NCBI GenBank assembly: GCA_036172245.1
Contig: JAYWIR010000067.1
Location: forward strand, 1-64,000
DNA: 64,000 nt
Direction of reading: 5' to 3'
Source: Raillietiella orientalis
Taxonomy: Eukaryota
Position 1 is the first letter of the stretch; the number at the start of each line of letters is the position of its first letter. Shown here piece by piece: positions 24,463 through 36,100 of this stretch. The notes below the pieces were generated by a model. The model did no database searches, was not told the DNA's origin, and saw only the letters and a list, made by a program, of their open reading frames with translations. The position numbers and the translations under genes are program-made.

Positions 24463-27400
24463 CTGAAACCATGGACAGCATCAACAACAGTATAACGGTC
24501 TTCCAGCGAGCCACATGCAACCGTTCACTCCGCTTGCCTGTACTTTAGCTCAATAAACAAAAAGCCGAAAACCATTACACTCTGATGTCCCGCCTTGCCA
24601 GCAGGCAAACTCATCCGGCTTAAAGATATGCACACACACACAACCAAACGAATTATTTCCGTGGGCACTGCGTTGGGGCATTCGCGTTCACAAGTAGGCA
24701 ACTTCCGAAGGAAGAAGCATCCTGGATGCTCGCAAATCATCGCCAAGGGTTGTTGTTTGCCGGCGGTGTTCGATTTCCACGTAGTGAAACCGCGACCGAG
24801 TCGAAGCCTTCCCCGTCTCGACAAGGATTCCCCGCCTGCCCAATTCTTAGGCACTGTGACGCGGATGGTGCAGCTACAGCCAGTTACGGTTCAGATTTTC
24901 AACTACCGCCGAATACCACCGACAGCCATACCAAGCCTAAATCAACACCAAACTAAAATGGACACAATGCTTCCAATGCTCGTTGAGATGGAATGTTCTT
25001 TTTACATGATGTTCGTAAGTTTGGACAAAATACTCATGGTGGTATGCCCAATACAAAACTTCAGCATTAATAAAACCAACGGGTGTGTGTAGTATGAGTT
25101 GCCTACGCAAATACGTGGAACCATAGTGTGATATGCTTTGTAAAGCATATGCTCATTAAATACGCACATCTACAGAATACGTATATGAAATTAAGTGAAT
25201 GTACACCGTTGACAGCAGAAACAGGACCTTCAGTTCACATTCACTTTGCATTCACATGCTTTTAATTCATGCTTCTGATTCACCATGCTGAAAGTGCTGG
25301 CGAATGAAACAACTACAAAGACATCAAAATGGTTTTCTGCACTTGTCGGTTTATACAAACAAACCAGATGGTTGACTGGTTTATTTGTGATAAACCAGTT
25401 AGCAAAATAAATCAAAAAGAGACACTTCAGCCACATATTAAGTGGTTTGTATGAGACCATCAGTTCCATCAAACAAGGATTTTTTCTGTGCTCTGTAACA
25501 CGTGAGGTGACATGAGAATTTTCTTATATGCAGAGACACGAACTAATTGCATAAATCCCTCAACTCAATCAAAAAAAAACTTTCAGATGCACACAGTGGT
25601 GGGAAGTAGAGCAAAATTGGAAAACATTTGTTTATGACAGTATAAGTGCTCAAGTGCAACAAAAACAGTGAGTTGACTGCTTGGTGCCTTTTATAAAAAT
25701 TGGAATCTTGCTGATAAACTTCACTCACAAACTAAACCTGTAATGGCCATACCTTTTTCCATTGGAGAAGAATTTATCAAGTTAGGCACTTGTTCCAATG
25801 TAGAGTTAACTTCAAGTACAGTTCCTGATACTGGAGAATACAACTCACTGGCTGCCTTAACACTTTCTAAAGCTCCACATTCATCTACATACAATTACTT
25901 CAAAGTAACACTCAATAAAAATGCCTAAAGGTCATAAATAATGAAAAAAGATACAGGAACTGTCCATAAAGTATGTCACATTGGCAATAGTATTTTTCCA
26001 GTCATCTTTTATTAAATAATCGAACAAACTTCCTGAGAAACAAGAAGTTGCAGATTTTACTACTTTTAATTTGATTTTTGAGCAAGTTAATTCCCTTTCA
26101 TAAGGTTTTTTGCGACCTATCAAACAATTGTGATGAGCAGATAACCATTCAGAGGTTGCTCCCATTTGCTGAAAGCAATCTACAGTGAATGCAGCCAGCA
26201 GTCATCCTGCCTCCACTTTGTTAATTTCCTTCATAGTGCTCATGATGAAACTTCATCATTACAAGTCTGCATCCCTATTTGTTTATTTCACTAACATGGC
26301 ATGATAGTGTTTGCAAACCTAAGCATCTGGCACAATGGATCCAACCGACTGAAATTCCCTTTACATTTCATTTGCAACCTTGACCCAAACATTTTTATTT
26401 CCATGCCTTAATATCTCACTTAAATGTAAGCACACAAAAAGTGAAATGACAGCAAAAATGCTATGGAAACAAAATTGCTAAATGAAAAGGATGCTTAGAG
26501 CAAAGGATACTTTTTCTGAGTTCAACCAAGGACCACTCTGTAAGAGGGCATGTACAAGAAATTTATATAGGCAGTGATTTACAGCATTAAAGATGAAGAA
26601 AGCAGGAATTACGTTAGCATCATAATTTACATCAAGAAAGTTACATTGCATTAAATTGGTATCCTCATGTGTTTTGCCTTCCACAAATTAGCAATATTTT
26701 TTTCTTTTTTTTGAGTATTCAATTCATTCTTTTGATTATCATCATAATTCCGATCTTTCATGCTATTCTTAATATTCTTAATTCATGACATACTTTATGG
26801 ATGACTCCATGAATTTACTGAGGAAAACAAAGGTTAATAGTGATAATTTATCATCAATGATTATGACTTAGTTAAATGATTACCCATTTGATTATACTTA
26901 GTTCCTACTTCTGGTAATTGAATAAAAACAATTTCTCCAAGGGCTTCCTAAAAAACTGTTGTTGAAACAAAATTCAAACTCTTCAGAATTAAATAACATA
27001 TAAGCAACATGAGTTGTCATGTTTATGCAATCACACTTTTCTTGAGGCTTTGGCAGTCAAAATGTCAATATCATGTATTTAATTTCTAGAAATAAATAAC
27101 GGTATTCTATCAATTTCAAGTTTAGATTCCCTAAATTAAAGGATGCACGCTTGAAATCGAAGTAAAGCAAACTGTGAAAACATTTCAAATATTCAAAACG
27201 GTGGTATTAAAACCTAAGAAATTACAAACTCTCTGTTACAGGAATTGGGATGCTTCTTCATTACACAAGCATACTTGCACCAATTCCCATCTCCATACTT
27301 AGTACCTTCAAAATCCATTTTGTCTTGTTATCTGCATGGATGAATTAATTAAACCGAAAAACCAAATCTAGGGGTATGAGGCAATAAGATTTTGACAACT

Positions 27401-28044
27401 TGAGCACATAAACAAAACACAATTTTCCATTCTGAATCAGGAGACTTGGCATTAAAACTTGTGGGCATACAAATATACGGTCAACTTCGAGAGGATTTCT
27501 ACATACCTGCGCATGATTTGTGATTCCCACAGTGGCGATTTCGTTGCTCCGTTTAACCCATTCGTGTTTTTTCGTAAACTTCAGCTGCGCTTAAAATGAA
27601 AGACATTTCAATGAGTGCACATTTCATGCCGAATTATAATGGGCTCCAGATCGTGGAAACATTTCATCCGTTTCTGCCGAGGAACTTTCTGGTTCCAAGG
27701 CATTCTTCCCATGCGCCACCAAGCATTCGATTCGATCCCGACCCACGCCGATGGGCCTTTGTTTTCATTTATTTTCCGAAAGTGTGGCTCGGGCAGCCAG
27801 GTTTACCGGGATTTACCAACCCTCTGGGTACGTTTGTGAGGAAACCAACCCCGGTGCCACCATGATGGCAGGCAGAGCGATTGCGGCACTTCAAGCACGC
27901 CGAACTCAAACTCAAAAACCACTAACCAGTTGGACTCCCGCTCTGGCAATTTCTGATCTGCAAGACGTTTCGTTTGACGTGGGAGAGGGCAATCTTATTG
28001 AGGGCCAGCCTCACATTCACCAAACTGCACAAAGCATGAACCAT
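24365..28044 (-). CDS. GCSH: Glycine cleavage system H protein, mitochondrial, 164 aa. Exons: 28044-27927, 27589-27507, 26947-26884, 25884-25753, 24462-24365
   Basis: The 495-nt joined CDS reads [52 protein letters not shown] (lipoyl-lysine motif), [13 protein letters not shown]. All introns are GT-AG and phase-consistent. Confidence 0.95.
25753..25884 (-). CDS. GCSH: GCSH exon 4 ([21 protein letters not shown]...SPMEK)
   Basis: atgtag| acceptor, G|gtatgg donor, 132 nt; lipoyl-lysine motif. Confidence 0.95.
26884..26947 (-). CDS. GCSH: GCSH exon 3 ([21 protein letters not shown])
   Basis: ttttag| acceptor, G|gtaatc donor, 64 nt. Confidence 0.93.
27507..27589 (-). CDS. GCSH: GCSH exon 2 ([11 protein letters not shown]...GITNHAQ)
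   Basis: ttttaag| acceptor, CAG|gtatgt donor, 83 nt. Confidence 0.92.
27927..28044 (-). CDS. GCSH: GCSH exon 1, putative mitochondrial targeting peptide ([39 protein letters not shown])
   Basis: ATG-initiated, basic, no acidic residues; G|gttagt donor in phase 1 matches exon 2. Confidence 0.75.
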
Positions 28045-30254
28045 ACTTGAGGTCTTTGCTTGTCCCCTTCGTTCCTCGTTCCCTCACGGCGAGCCGAGAC
28101 CGAAGTCAGCCGTGATGGATTACCCCCCGGAATTTTCAGAATAAAATGAAAAAAAAAAAAAATTCGAAAAACAAGGAGAAATATATACACGGAAGTGCAA
28201 CACGAAGTACTACTTCGAGAAAAACTGTGTTTCCATGAACACAGGAATGTTTGCACTTTCTGACACGTCACTGATATATATATATATGTATATATCTAAT
28301 CAGTCAAGTTTTCATCTTTCCAGCTTGTCGAAGGAAGGGAAAGAAAGAAAACACACACACACTCAAGGAACAAAGGAGATGATGAAAATCGCAAGGAAGC
28401 ACCAGAACTCGAACTTTTCAAAATGTCTTAAAAGATTTTGGAATTCATTGGTACTTCACGATTCATTGGTACTTAACGTGGTAAGGACTTTCACCGTGGA
28501 AAACGTTTGATTTTTCCGTTATTGCCACCAGAGGTTTAGACAACGAAGGAAAAATGACCAAAAAATGTGCTCCCCAAGCTTTACGTGAGGCAAAACATCA
28601 CAATCTCCGGTCGACGACTGTAGCGCGTGCATTTCACATTCTCCCACCACAAATTAAGAACTGGGCAATCCGAATACGTGTTTGTTCCTCTTGGCTGCCT
28701 ACAAGCCAAATTATCGGGTTGAGAATGGGGACCAGACCAGCAAAATTATCGGGTTTTCTTCCTGAATTCCGATTATCTTCCTCCCTCCAAATGGAATCAT
28801 GACAAATCCATGAATTCGGTAATGATACAAACTTCTTTCATAATAATGAATCAGAAATTCCCTGCACAATAAAAACTTTATAAATCAAAAGGAACGGCAT
28901 CATCAAAACCTTGCAAACAGTTGTCTCCCTTGACGGCCATGTCATGCGCGCTTCAAATAACTACCAAGAGTTTTTTTTTTTTTATTGCTGCCTATCTGTA
29001 GATTATCCTTTCGTCTCTACAGGAAGTTGTAAGAGCAAGATTTAGAAATGGTTCCCAACTGCTTTGACGATATAATTGTTTCTGTTACACGTATTGCTTA
29101 AACACTGCAATTTATGGAACCACATTTATCCTATATCTTCAGACTTTTGTTTGCAAGAATAATCAAGAAGATCTGTAATAAAGCATACATTGCACTAATC
29201 GAAGAACCTGTATTCTTGGATGGTCCCTATTAAATAGGGTCTTCGAATCTTCTTCTGTCGTTTATTACTAAAAGATCCATGGTGTTTACTATTTTATTTC
29301 CACCTTATCGTTGAGGAACTTGTCTTCGAGCCCAACCTATTATTCATTCATTCATTTCATTCTTATATTGGAATGCATACTGAATCATAACAAATCTGAA
29401 ATTTATTTAATAAGCAGATAACTTAAGCTGCACATTTGATAACTTCCCCGGACTTTTCCCTAAAATTTTTCGTTTTGAAGAAGACGTTTTCATGTATTCG
29501 TTTATTTATCTTTTGCCATGCAGCATGTGCGTGCATTTGCGAATGGGGGGGGGGTGTCAGAAAAAAAAAAAAAGAAAACATGCACAAATGTAGTGGAGAC
29601 ACAGATTCTTGTTTACAAGTCAAGTTACCTCACCACCTAATTAATTCATGGTGCAAGATTAGCGGTTGGAAGGTGGCGGAGATTCTGCTTTTGTCTCCAT
29701 GCTCTGTCGTCGTTCCATGTAAACTTTCGGAGCAGTTTCTAGCAAAGTTTCGCTTCAAACTTGAGAAAGACAATGCCCATTCTGCTAGTCCTATCATCTT
29801 CGAGAGTCGACACCGCAGGCATTATCGGGATTCTCATTCGTGTGGGGACCGAACCGCTCTTCAGAGTGCTTGCTCGAACCCTGTGGTCCAATGCCTCCGG
29901 TGCTAAAAGCGACGAAAAAAGGTCACATGTTTCCAGTGTTCCTCCCTCGTTGCAGTCCTGAAATTTAGGAGTAGCTCCTCGATCCAAAGAACAGATTTTT
30001 GGTGACAGCCGCTGAACCTCAACTATCTCTCAGGTTTGAGGTCTCTCAACGTGCGGCGCTCTTCGCTGGTGCAAAGAAGCCAAGAGCTATTGGCCCTATT
30101 TGCACGACGACTTCCACGGATTCGAAAGGGACGTGGGTCGGAAATTCGAGGGTGGGTTACCCGACGAGCGCAACCGACAGTAGTTGTCCCGGAAGTCAGG
30201 TCCGGTTGAGCTCGTTTACGGGGGTTTTGCTAAGTGTTCCAGAACGGTTCGTCT

Positions 30255-30905
30255 GGCGGCTCTTCAAGCTCTTTAATACTGTTCCACGCCACCCGCGGGT
30301 ATGACACTTCAAGTCAAAGGGCAAACCCAGAGGGTTGCCCTTCCTGGATTCATAGGATGAAACCTATGAATCCGGGAAGGCTCCAGAAGGGAATCCGTTC
30401 CTCCCTTACTCTTCGGAAGGACCCTGAAAGGAGCCTCTTCCTCATTCTCTCCGGAGGGAGCAACTCCTCGTTTCCTCCTCTGAAGATAGCAACAAAGGAA
30501 CGCTTCCAGATTTCTCTATTGAAGGGTCGCTTCCTTCGGGAAGCGACCCTTCAATAGAGCGCGCTTCTTCAATAGACCCTTCAAGCAGCACGCTTCTTGA
30601 CACTCTGGAGAGGCGACCCCAGAGGGGAGTGTCAACCAACTCCATGGTAAACGATGGTAGGTGGCCCTCGAGGAAGGAGACGACTCCATTTGCACAATCG
30701 GAGAGAACCAGCGCTCCTTGATTCCTGGAAAGACTCCGGAAGCTCGACCCCCAACCCCGGTCAGTCAACAAGGGCAGCCGGTTTCATCAGTGCCGTTCTG
30801 CGGGGTAATTCAGACCCATTTCTCTGGCGCCGATCCCTCAGGTGGAGATTCGAAGCCGCAACGCTTGGTACCACGCGCGGAGGCCGTAGCTACGCAGCTC
30901 CCAGC
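30255..30905 (-). mobile_element. SINE-like element copy
   Basis: Minus-strand head ...GGCCTCCGCGCGTGGTACCAAGCGTTGCGGCTTCGAATC; shared internal and 3' blocks. Confidence 0.7.
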
Positions 30906-32150
30906 GTGGACCGTTTGTCCCGCTGGTTTTGTAACACCCCATAGAGAGAGGGTCTTCTCTCCCTGTAACCTTGCAGGAGTCCCACTGGAAACGGAGGCAT
31001 CCCTCCGGATTTCCTGCTCACGGGACTCCCCAACCCACACCAAGCATGGGGTGCCTCAAACGTTACTCGTCGAAGCCGCTTAGCAATCATCCTGTCTGAG
31101 AAAAGTGCTTCTCAGAAAGACGCTCGCGTGACCTCTTCCTGACCGGAGAAGACATGATTTCTGATTTTTCCTTCCCCTCGGGCTCGCAGCGATCCAGCAG
31201 CCTGTCACCCTCAAACGGACGTTCCTCCCCGGAGATTCCTCCTGGATTGAACGGAGGAGTCCCAGCGCGAGTTCTTCTTGCGGTTTCCGTCCTCCCCCGG
31301 GAATTCATCCATGTTTCCGGATCGATCTCCAAAGTTTTTCAGGAACGCCATCCTTACTGCATTCTTCTCCCCCCTTTTCTTCACCTTCCGACTGCCCGAC
31401 TTCTCCTTCTCTCTCAGAAACGCCTCCCTGACCTTCGCGCGAACGCTCCCGGAGGGAGCAGACCGACGACTACGGGTCACTGAGGAGAGCGCCGCAGATC
31501 GAAGGGATGGCGGAGGAAGTTTCGAGACGGCTGGACCTGGAAGGAATGGAAGGCAGCGCTGCACCTGCGCCGCAGGGCGAGGTGGCTCCAGCGAGGAGGA
31601 TCGCGCCTTGCAGGGCGACGGTTAGTGGAAGCGAGGCTTTCAGACTTGAAGGCCGGTGGCGGTAGCCTTCAGTAGAGCTTGCCGAGGAGAGGGGCGAAGA
31701 GGGCGAAGGGAATCTCTCCGAAGATATCGGGAAGACCTCCGCAATGGGACGGCTTCCGTCCCATTTGGATCCTCGCTTCCTCGAGTGAAAGGATGAGGGG
31801 ACGGTGGCAGCGCGTGCGCACCCTGGAAGATCGGGCACAGGTCTTCGTTCCGATGGCACCTCCCTCGTCGTTGGCGACGTGATCGAGTCCTTGAGCGGGG
31901 TCCACGAGCGCGGCTCGACGGAGCTGCTGTCACAGACGCTCCCGACCGCCTTCCCTTCCTAGCCCTCCACGCAGTGCAGAGAGGCCAGGCAGGTTGGAAG
32001 GCGGCGCCGGGCATATTTTTGCGAGCAGAAGGACGAGAAGGGGAAAAGCAACCAGGGAGGACCTGATGGAGAGAGCGCGTTCTGTGAAGGACCCCGGTCC
32101 ATCGGAGGGTGAGAGTGGGGGCTCGGGCAAGCCAAGGAAGGATCCTCGTC

Positions 32151-32440
32151 GGAGGCCGTGTGGTTACGGCGGTCTCCGCGCGTGGCACCACCAAGAGTCG
32201 CGGGTTCGAATACTCCGAAATGAATCGGCGCAATGCGTCGTGGATCCGAGTTCCTCCCGCAAGATGACGCTGGTCGGCCTCCATTCATTCGGGTGCGGCA
32301 CTGGTAGCGGTTCAAACCGGATGCCCCCGATGAGTGGCCGGGACTGGAGTCGACTTCCGGGTCCTTCCAGGAATCAAGGAGTGGGAGCTCCCCTCCGGTT
32401 GTGCAAGGGAGCAGATTCCCTTCGGGGGAATCCTCCGTAG
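32151..32440 (+). mobile_element. SINE-like element copy, 3'-truncated
   Basis: Head with GGGTTCGAATAC at about 32202; CGCAAGATGACGCTGGTCGGCC and TTCCAGGAATCAAGGAG blocks. Confidence 0.65.
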
Positions 32441-32754
32441 AGTAGGTGTGTCACCACCTCTCTAGAGTTCAGCGAAGCGTCAAAGCTCGGGGCGAAAGAC
32501 GGGTTCCCAGGTAGGACCCAGTTGGATCGAGGGACTATGTATTTCTTATAAAAATAGCTTCCATCCTTGCTCCGTAGAGGCGCTCTTCTCGAAAGTAAAA
32601 CTCTCCAGTCTGCGTCAGCATACTCGGGAAAAGACGGCGGCGAGGCCGCGCAGGCATTCCTCAGGAACTGTCCAGGAGGAGGAGGATGGCGAGACGAAGG
32701 ACGGCGGCAGGTCGAAGAGATGGATCGTGTGCATAGGGGGCGGGCGGGGTACGT

Positions 32755-33110
32755 TCACTTGCCGCCTTCGGGACCTCCGCTCCCACTGTCCGAGATGCTG
32801 GTCACCTTGAATCTGCCGGAGTGGATCTTCGGCTGGTCACCGGAAGGCTCATCCTCTTCCTGGATGGTCGCGCACTCCAGCGGCGACTCCGCCAAGTTTG
32901 TCTCCGAGCACGCGAAGACACTGTCCTCCCCGTCGGAGGCGCTGGGATCGAAGACCCACTTGCAGGACGGATCCAGGGAGCTGCAGCGGGTCCGGGGTCG
33001 AGGGACGCCGCTGATCTCTATCGCCGGCAGGCTGCCCTTCCTCATGCCTTTCCCGGAGTGCTTGAAGAGGTTGATGACCGAAGGCCGGTGGCGTTCCTCG
33101 TCCAACCTCT
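32755..33110 (-). CDS. Nhe2: NHE probable last coding exon ([16 protein letters not shown]...RKGSLP...GRFKVTSI...GGK*)
   Basis: gtgcag| acceptor in matching phase 1, open to TGA at 32755; exact 3' end uncertain because of a downstream acceptor at 32668. Confidence 0.8.
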
Positions 33111-36100
33111 CTGCACCGAAGGAGGCAGACGCGCATCACGAGGAGGATCAAGGGGACGAAGGGGGGGGAAGGGAGGAAGGGGGCGTGCGCGCTTACTCAG
33201 CATGGTGGTCGTAGGGGAATAGAAGGCGTCGTACTCGTCGCTCTTGACCCACAGGGGGAACTCCCTCTGTCGCACGATCGACTCGGACGGATCGCCGCTG
33301 TCTCGGTGCCACGGCAACACTCGCTGGACCTCGGCCTCGCTCTTTCCTGGGTCACGAACCGCTCGGTTTGGCGTAGGAGGAAAAGAAGAAGTAGGGAAGA
33401 TGAGATGGGCGTAGAAAGAGAGGAAGAAAACATGATGGACGAGGAGGAAGAAATCGAAGGAGACGAGGAAAAAAAAAGGAGAAAAAGGGAGGAAAAAAGA
33501 GAGAGGGAGGAGGCGGAGAGGAGGAAAAAGGGAAGGAAAGGAAGAGAGGGAAGAGGAAGAGGAGGAAGGACGAAGAGGAAGAGAAAGAGGAGGAAAGTAG
33601 GACGAAGGGAAGAGAAGGAGGAGGAAGAAGAAAGGAGAAGGAAGAGAGGAGGAGGAGGGCAGCAAGAACCATGGGAAGACGAAGTAAAAGAGAAAGAAGG
33701 GAAAGACAGGTAAGGGAAGAAGAAGAGATCGGGCTACCTTGGTCACCCGAGGCGTCCGCTTCCGAACTCATGTCGAACACCTGGTTGTCGTAGCCTCTGG
33801 GGCCTACAAGAGATGCGTTTCGGCGGGGCAGGATGGGGGAGGAAGCGAAGCGGCATACCTGCTTTCGCGGTGAACGAGATGCCCTCGTCCTCGCTGGTCC
33901 CCTGGCACTCCGCAGCCTCGCTGTCCATGTCGATGATGTGATCTGGAACGGAGAGGAGGAAACTGCCGGTTTCCCTGTCCTCGAGTGGCAGACATGGAGG
34001 AGAGAGGGGAAAGGCAGGCAGGGGATGGGGAGAAGACCCTACCGTTCTTGAACTGGATGTCGCTGCCGGACTTGGCCGTGGGCGTGAACTGAACCTTCTT
34101 GTCTCCGGAGGATGTACGCCCATTCTTCATGGGCGCGAAAGCCTGGGATCAGAATCAGAGATGAGGTCGAAACCGGGGTGCCATCCCCTCCTCTTCCCCC
34201 ATCTTGTTGTTTCCTTGCGCACCTTCGACGTGTTCTTTTTCCGGTGGTAGTGCCTTTGGCTGATGATGGCCCTGAGGTAGTGCTGCTTCATGCGCTCATT
34301 CTCCGCCAGGTTGAGGTCCTTGTCATCCACCGTGTGCCGCTTAAAGATCGAGTACTGGGGCCTCCGTGAGTGACCGGCCGTTCCATCTTCCGTCTCGGAA
34401 GGAGGAGGAAAAAGAGGGAGCACTGCCAACGGTGGTCGTTCCCTCTCGCCTCCCCTTCCTCCCCGGATTTCACCCTGTCTCCCCCTCTCCCATCCTCACC
34501 CTCCTGCTGTTGGTGGGTTTGAACATCTCGGTGTCCAGCAGGTGGTTGATCTTGGCGTCAGTAAAGTCCTTCTTGCTGGGGCTGTAGGCCAGCTCCGCCA
34601 AGTCGAGGTTCCAGTTGAGCCCTGCGTCGTACAAGGCGTCGCTGCTGCTCAGTCTGCGGAAGAGCGGCGAGTGGTGGTGAGGGAGGGTCGAGAGCGGAGG
34701 GTTGGTCGCTCACTCGTAGAGGCTGCGCTTCAGAGTCTCCAGGGACCTCAGATCCATAGTGCTGTCCAGGCGCTTGTTGCTCTCGACGTACTTCAGAGCG
34801 TCCTCCATCTGCAGCTTTGAGAAGGTTTCTATGATCTTCGGGTCCTGAATGCAGTGCTCCCTAAGGAGGATGCGGCGGATGTACCTCCGGTCGTAGTACT
34901 TGTACCTGCAAGACGAAACAAGAGGCAGAACGTGAGAAGGAAAGGAGGGCAAAGGTCAAGTGGGTCGGTCTCCGGGGTGGGTGGGGGGTGGAAGGGCGGC
35001 GGCTTACTTGTCGCGCAGGTAGAAGTTGCCCGTGTGACCCAGCAAGGATTCCATGGCTGCCATCATATGATCGAAGAACTGTAAGAGGAAACAAAAAAGA
35101 AAAACAGGCAGCTGCAGGAGGCAGCGAGACGGCGCGCTGCACCCGTCAAATGGAAGGGAGAGTGCCCACGGACCATCGTGGGGACGACGCGAAGGGAAGG
35201 GAACTTCGGGACGGAGTCCTGCAAACGCTCGCCGCCGCTACACCTTGGGCTGGCGGACCCGGGAGCCACGCCTTCCCTGGGAGGAGTTGCCACCATCGAC
35301 CGCTCCCAGGCCTGCATAGTCGAAAGGTCCGCTGGCGATGACGTCGCAAGGGGACAGAAGGTCGTATTCGTTGCTCATGACCCGCAGGGAGGGCTCCCTG
35401 TGCCGCGAGACTGACTCGGACTGATCGTCGCTGTCTCGGCGCCACGGCAATGCTCGCTGGACCTCGACCCGGTCAGGGACCACTCGGTCTGGCGTAGGAG
35501 GAGGAGGAGGAAGAGAGGTCGGAAAGACGAGATGGACGTAGAAAGAGGGGAGGAAGACATGACAGACGAGGAGGAAGAAGCGGAAGGAGACGAGGAAAAG
35601 AAAATGAAGGAGAAAAAGGGAGGAGGAGGAAGAAGACGAGGAAGGGACAAGGAGGGGGAAGGCAAGAGAACGAAATAACAGGAGCACATGATGAAGATGA
35701 AAGCGGAGAAGAAAAGAGGAGGAGGAAAAGACCTTTTCCTGGTTGTTGCTTTTCCCCTCCTCAGGCCACCATAGAGTTTCGGGCGTGTCGGGCTGGGCTG
35801 ACAGACAGGAGCTCAGGGAGAACCCGACCAACAGCACACCCGTAAGTCACGTAGACCTCAGGGGCACGTCGTGGTGATGACAGCCGCCGCAAATGGGCGG
35901 AGGAGTTGCCGCCCCCCATCGGGATTATCATGGCGGCGAGCTCGAGAGCAACGGCGCGCGGAGGTAGCCGACCATCCCTTTGCCTCGTGCCCTTCCTTAC
36001 CCTCTCGTGGATTCTTTCGTTCATAGTGAGGTTCCTGCTCACAGCCAGCTTCACGCCGAGGATGTGCACCAGAGGTTTGAGGGAGATCCCCTGGCAAAGG

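Noticed and set aside
29650..30200. Possible decayed transposase (LLLNFRTATREEHWKH on the minus strand)
   Set aside because: Single weak motif with many stops
33306..33780. E/K/R-rich and F/L/S/P-rich ORFs over the purine tract
   Set aside because: Low-complexity artefacts inside a phase-consistent intron
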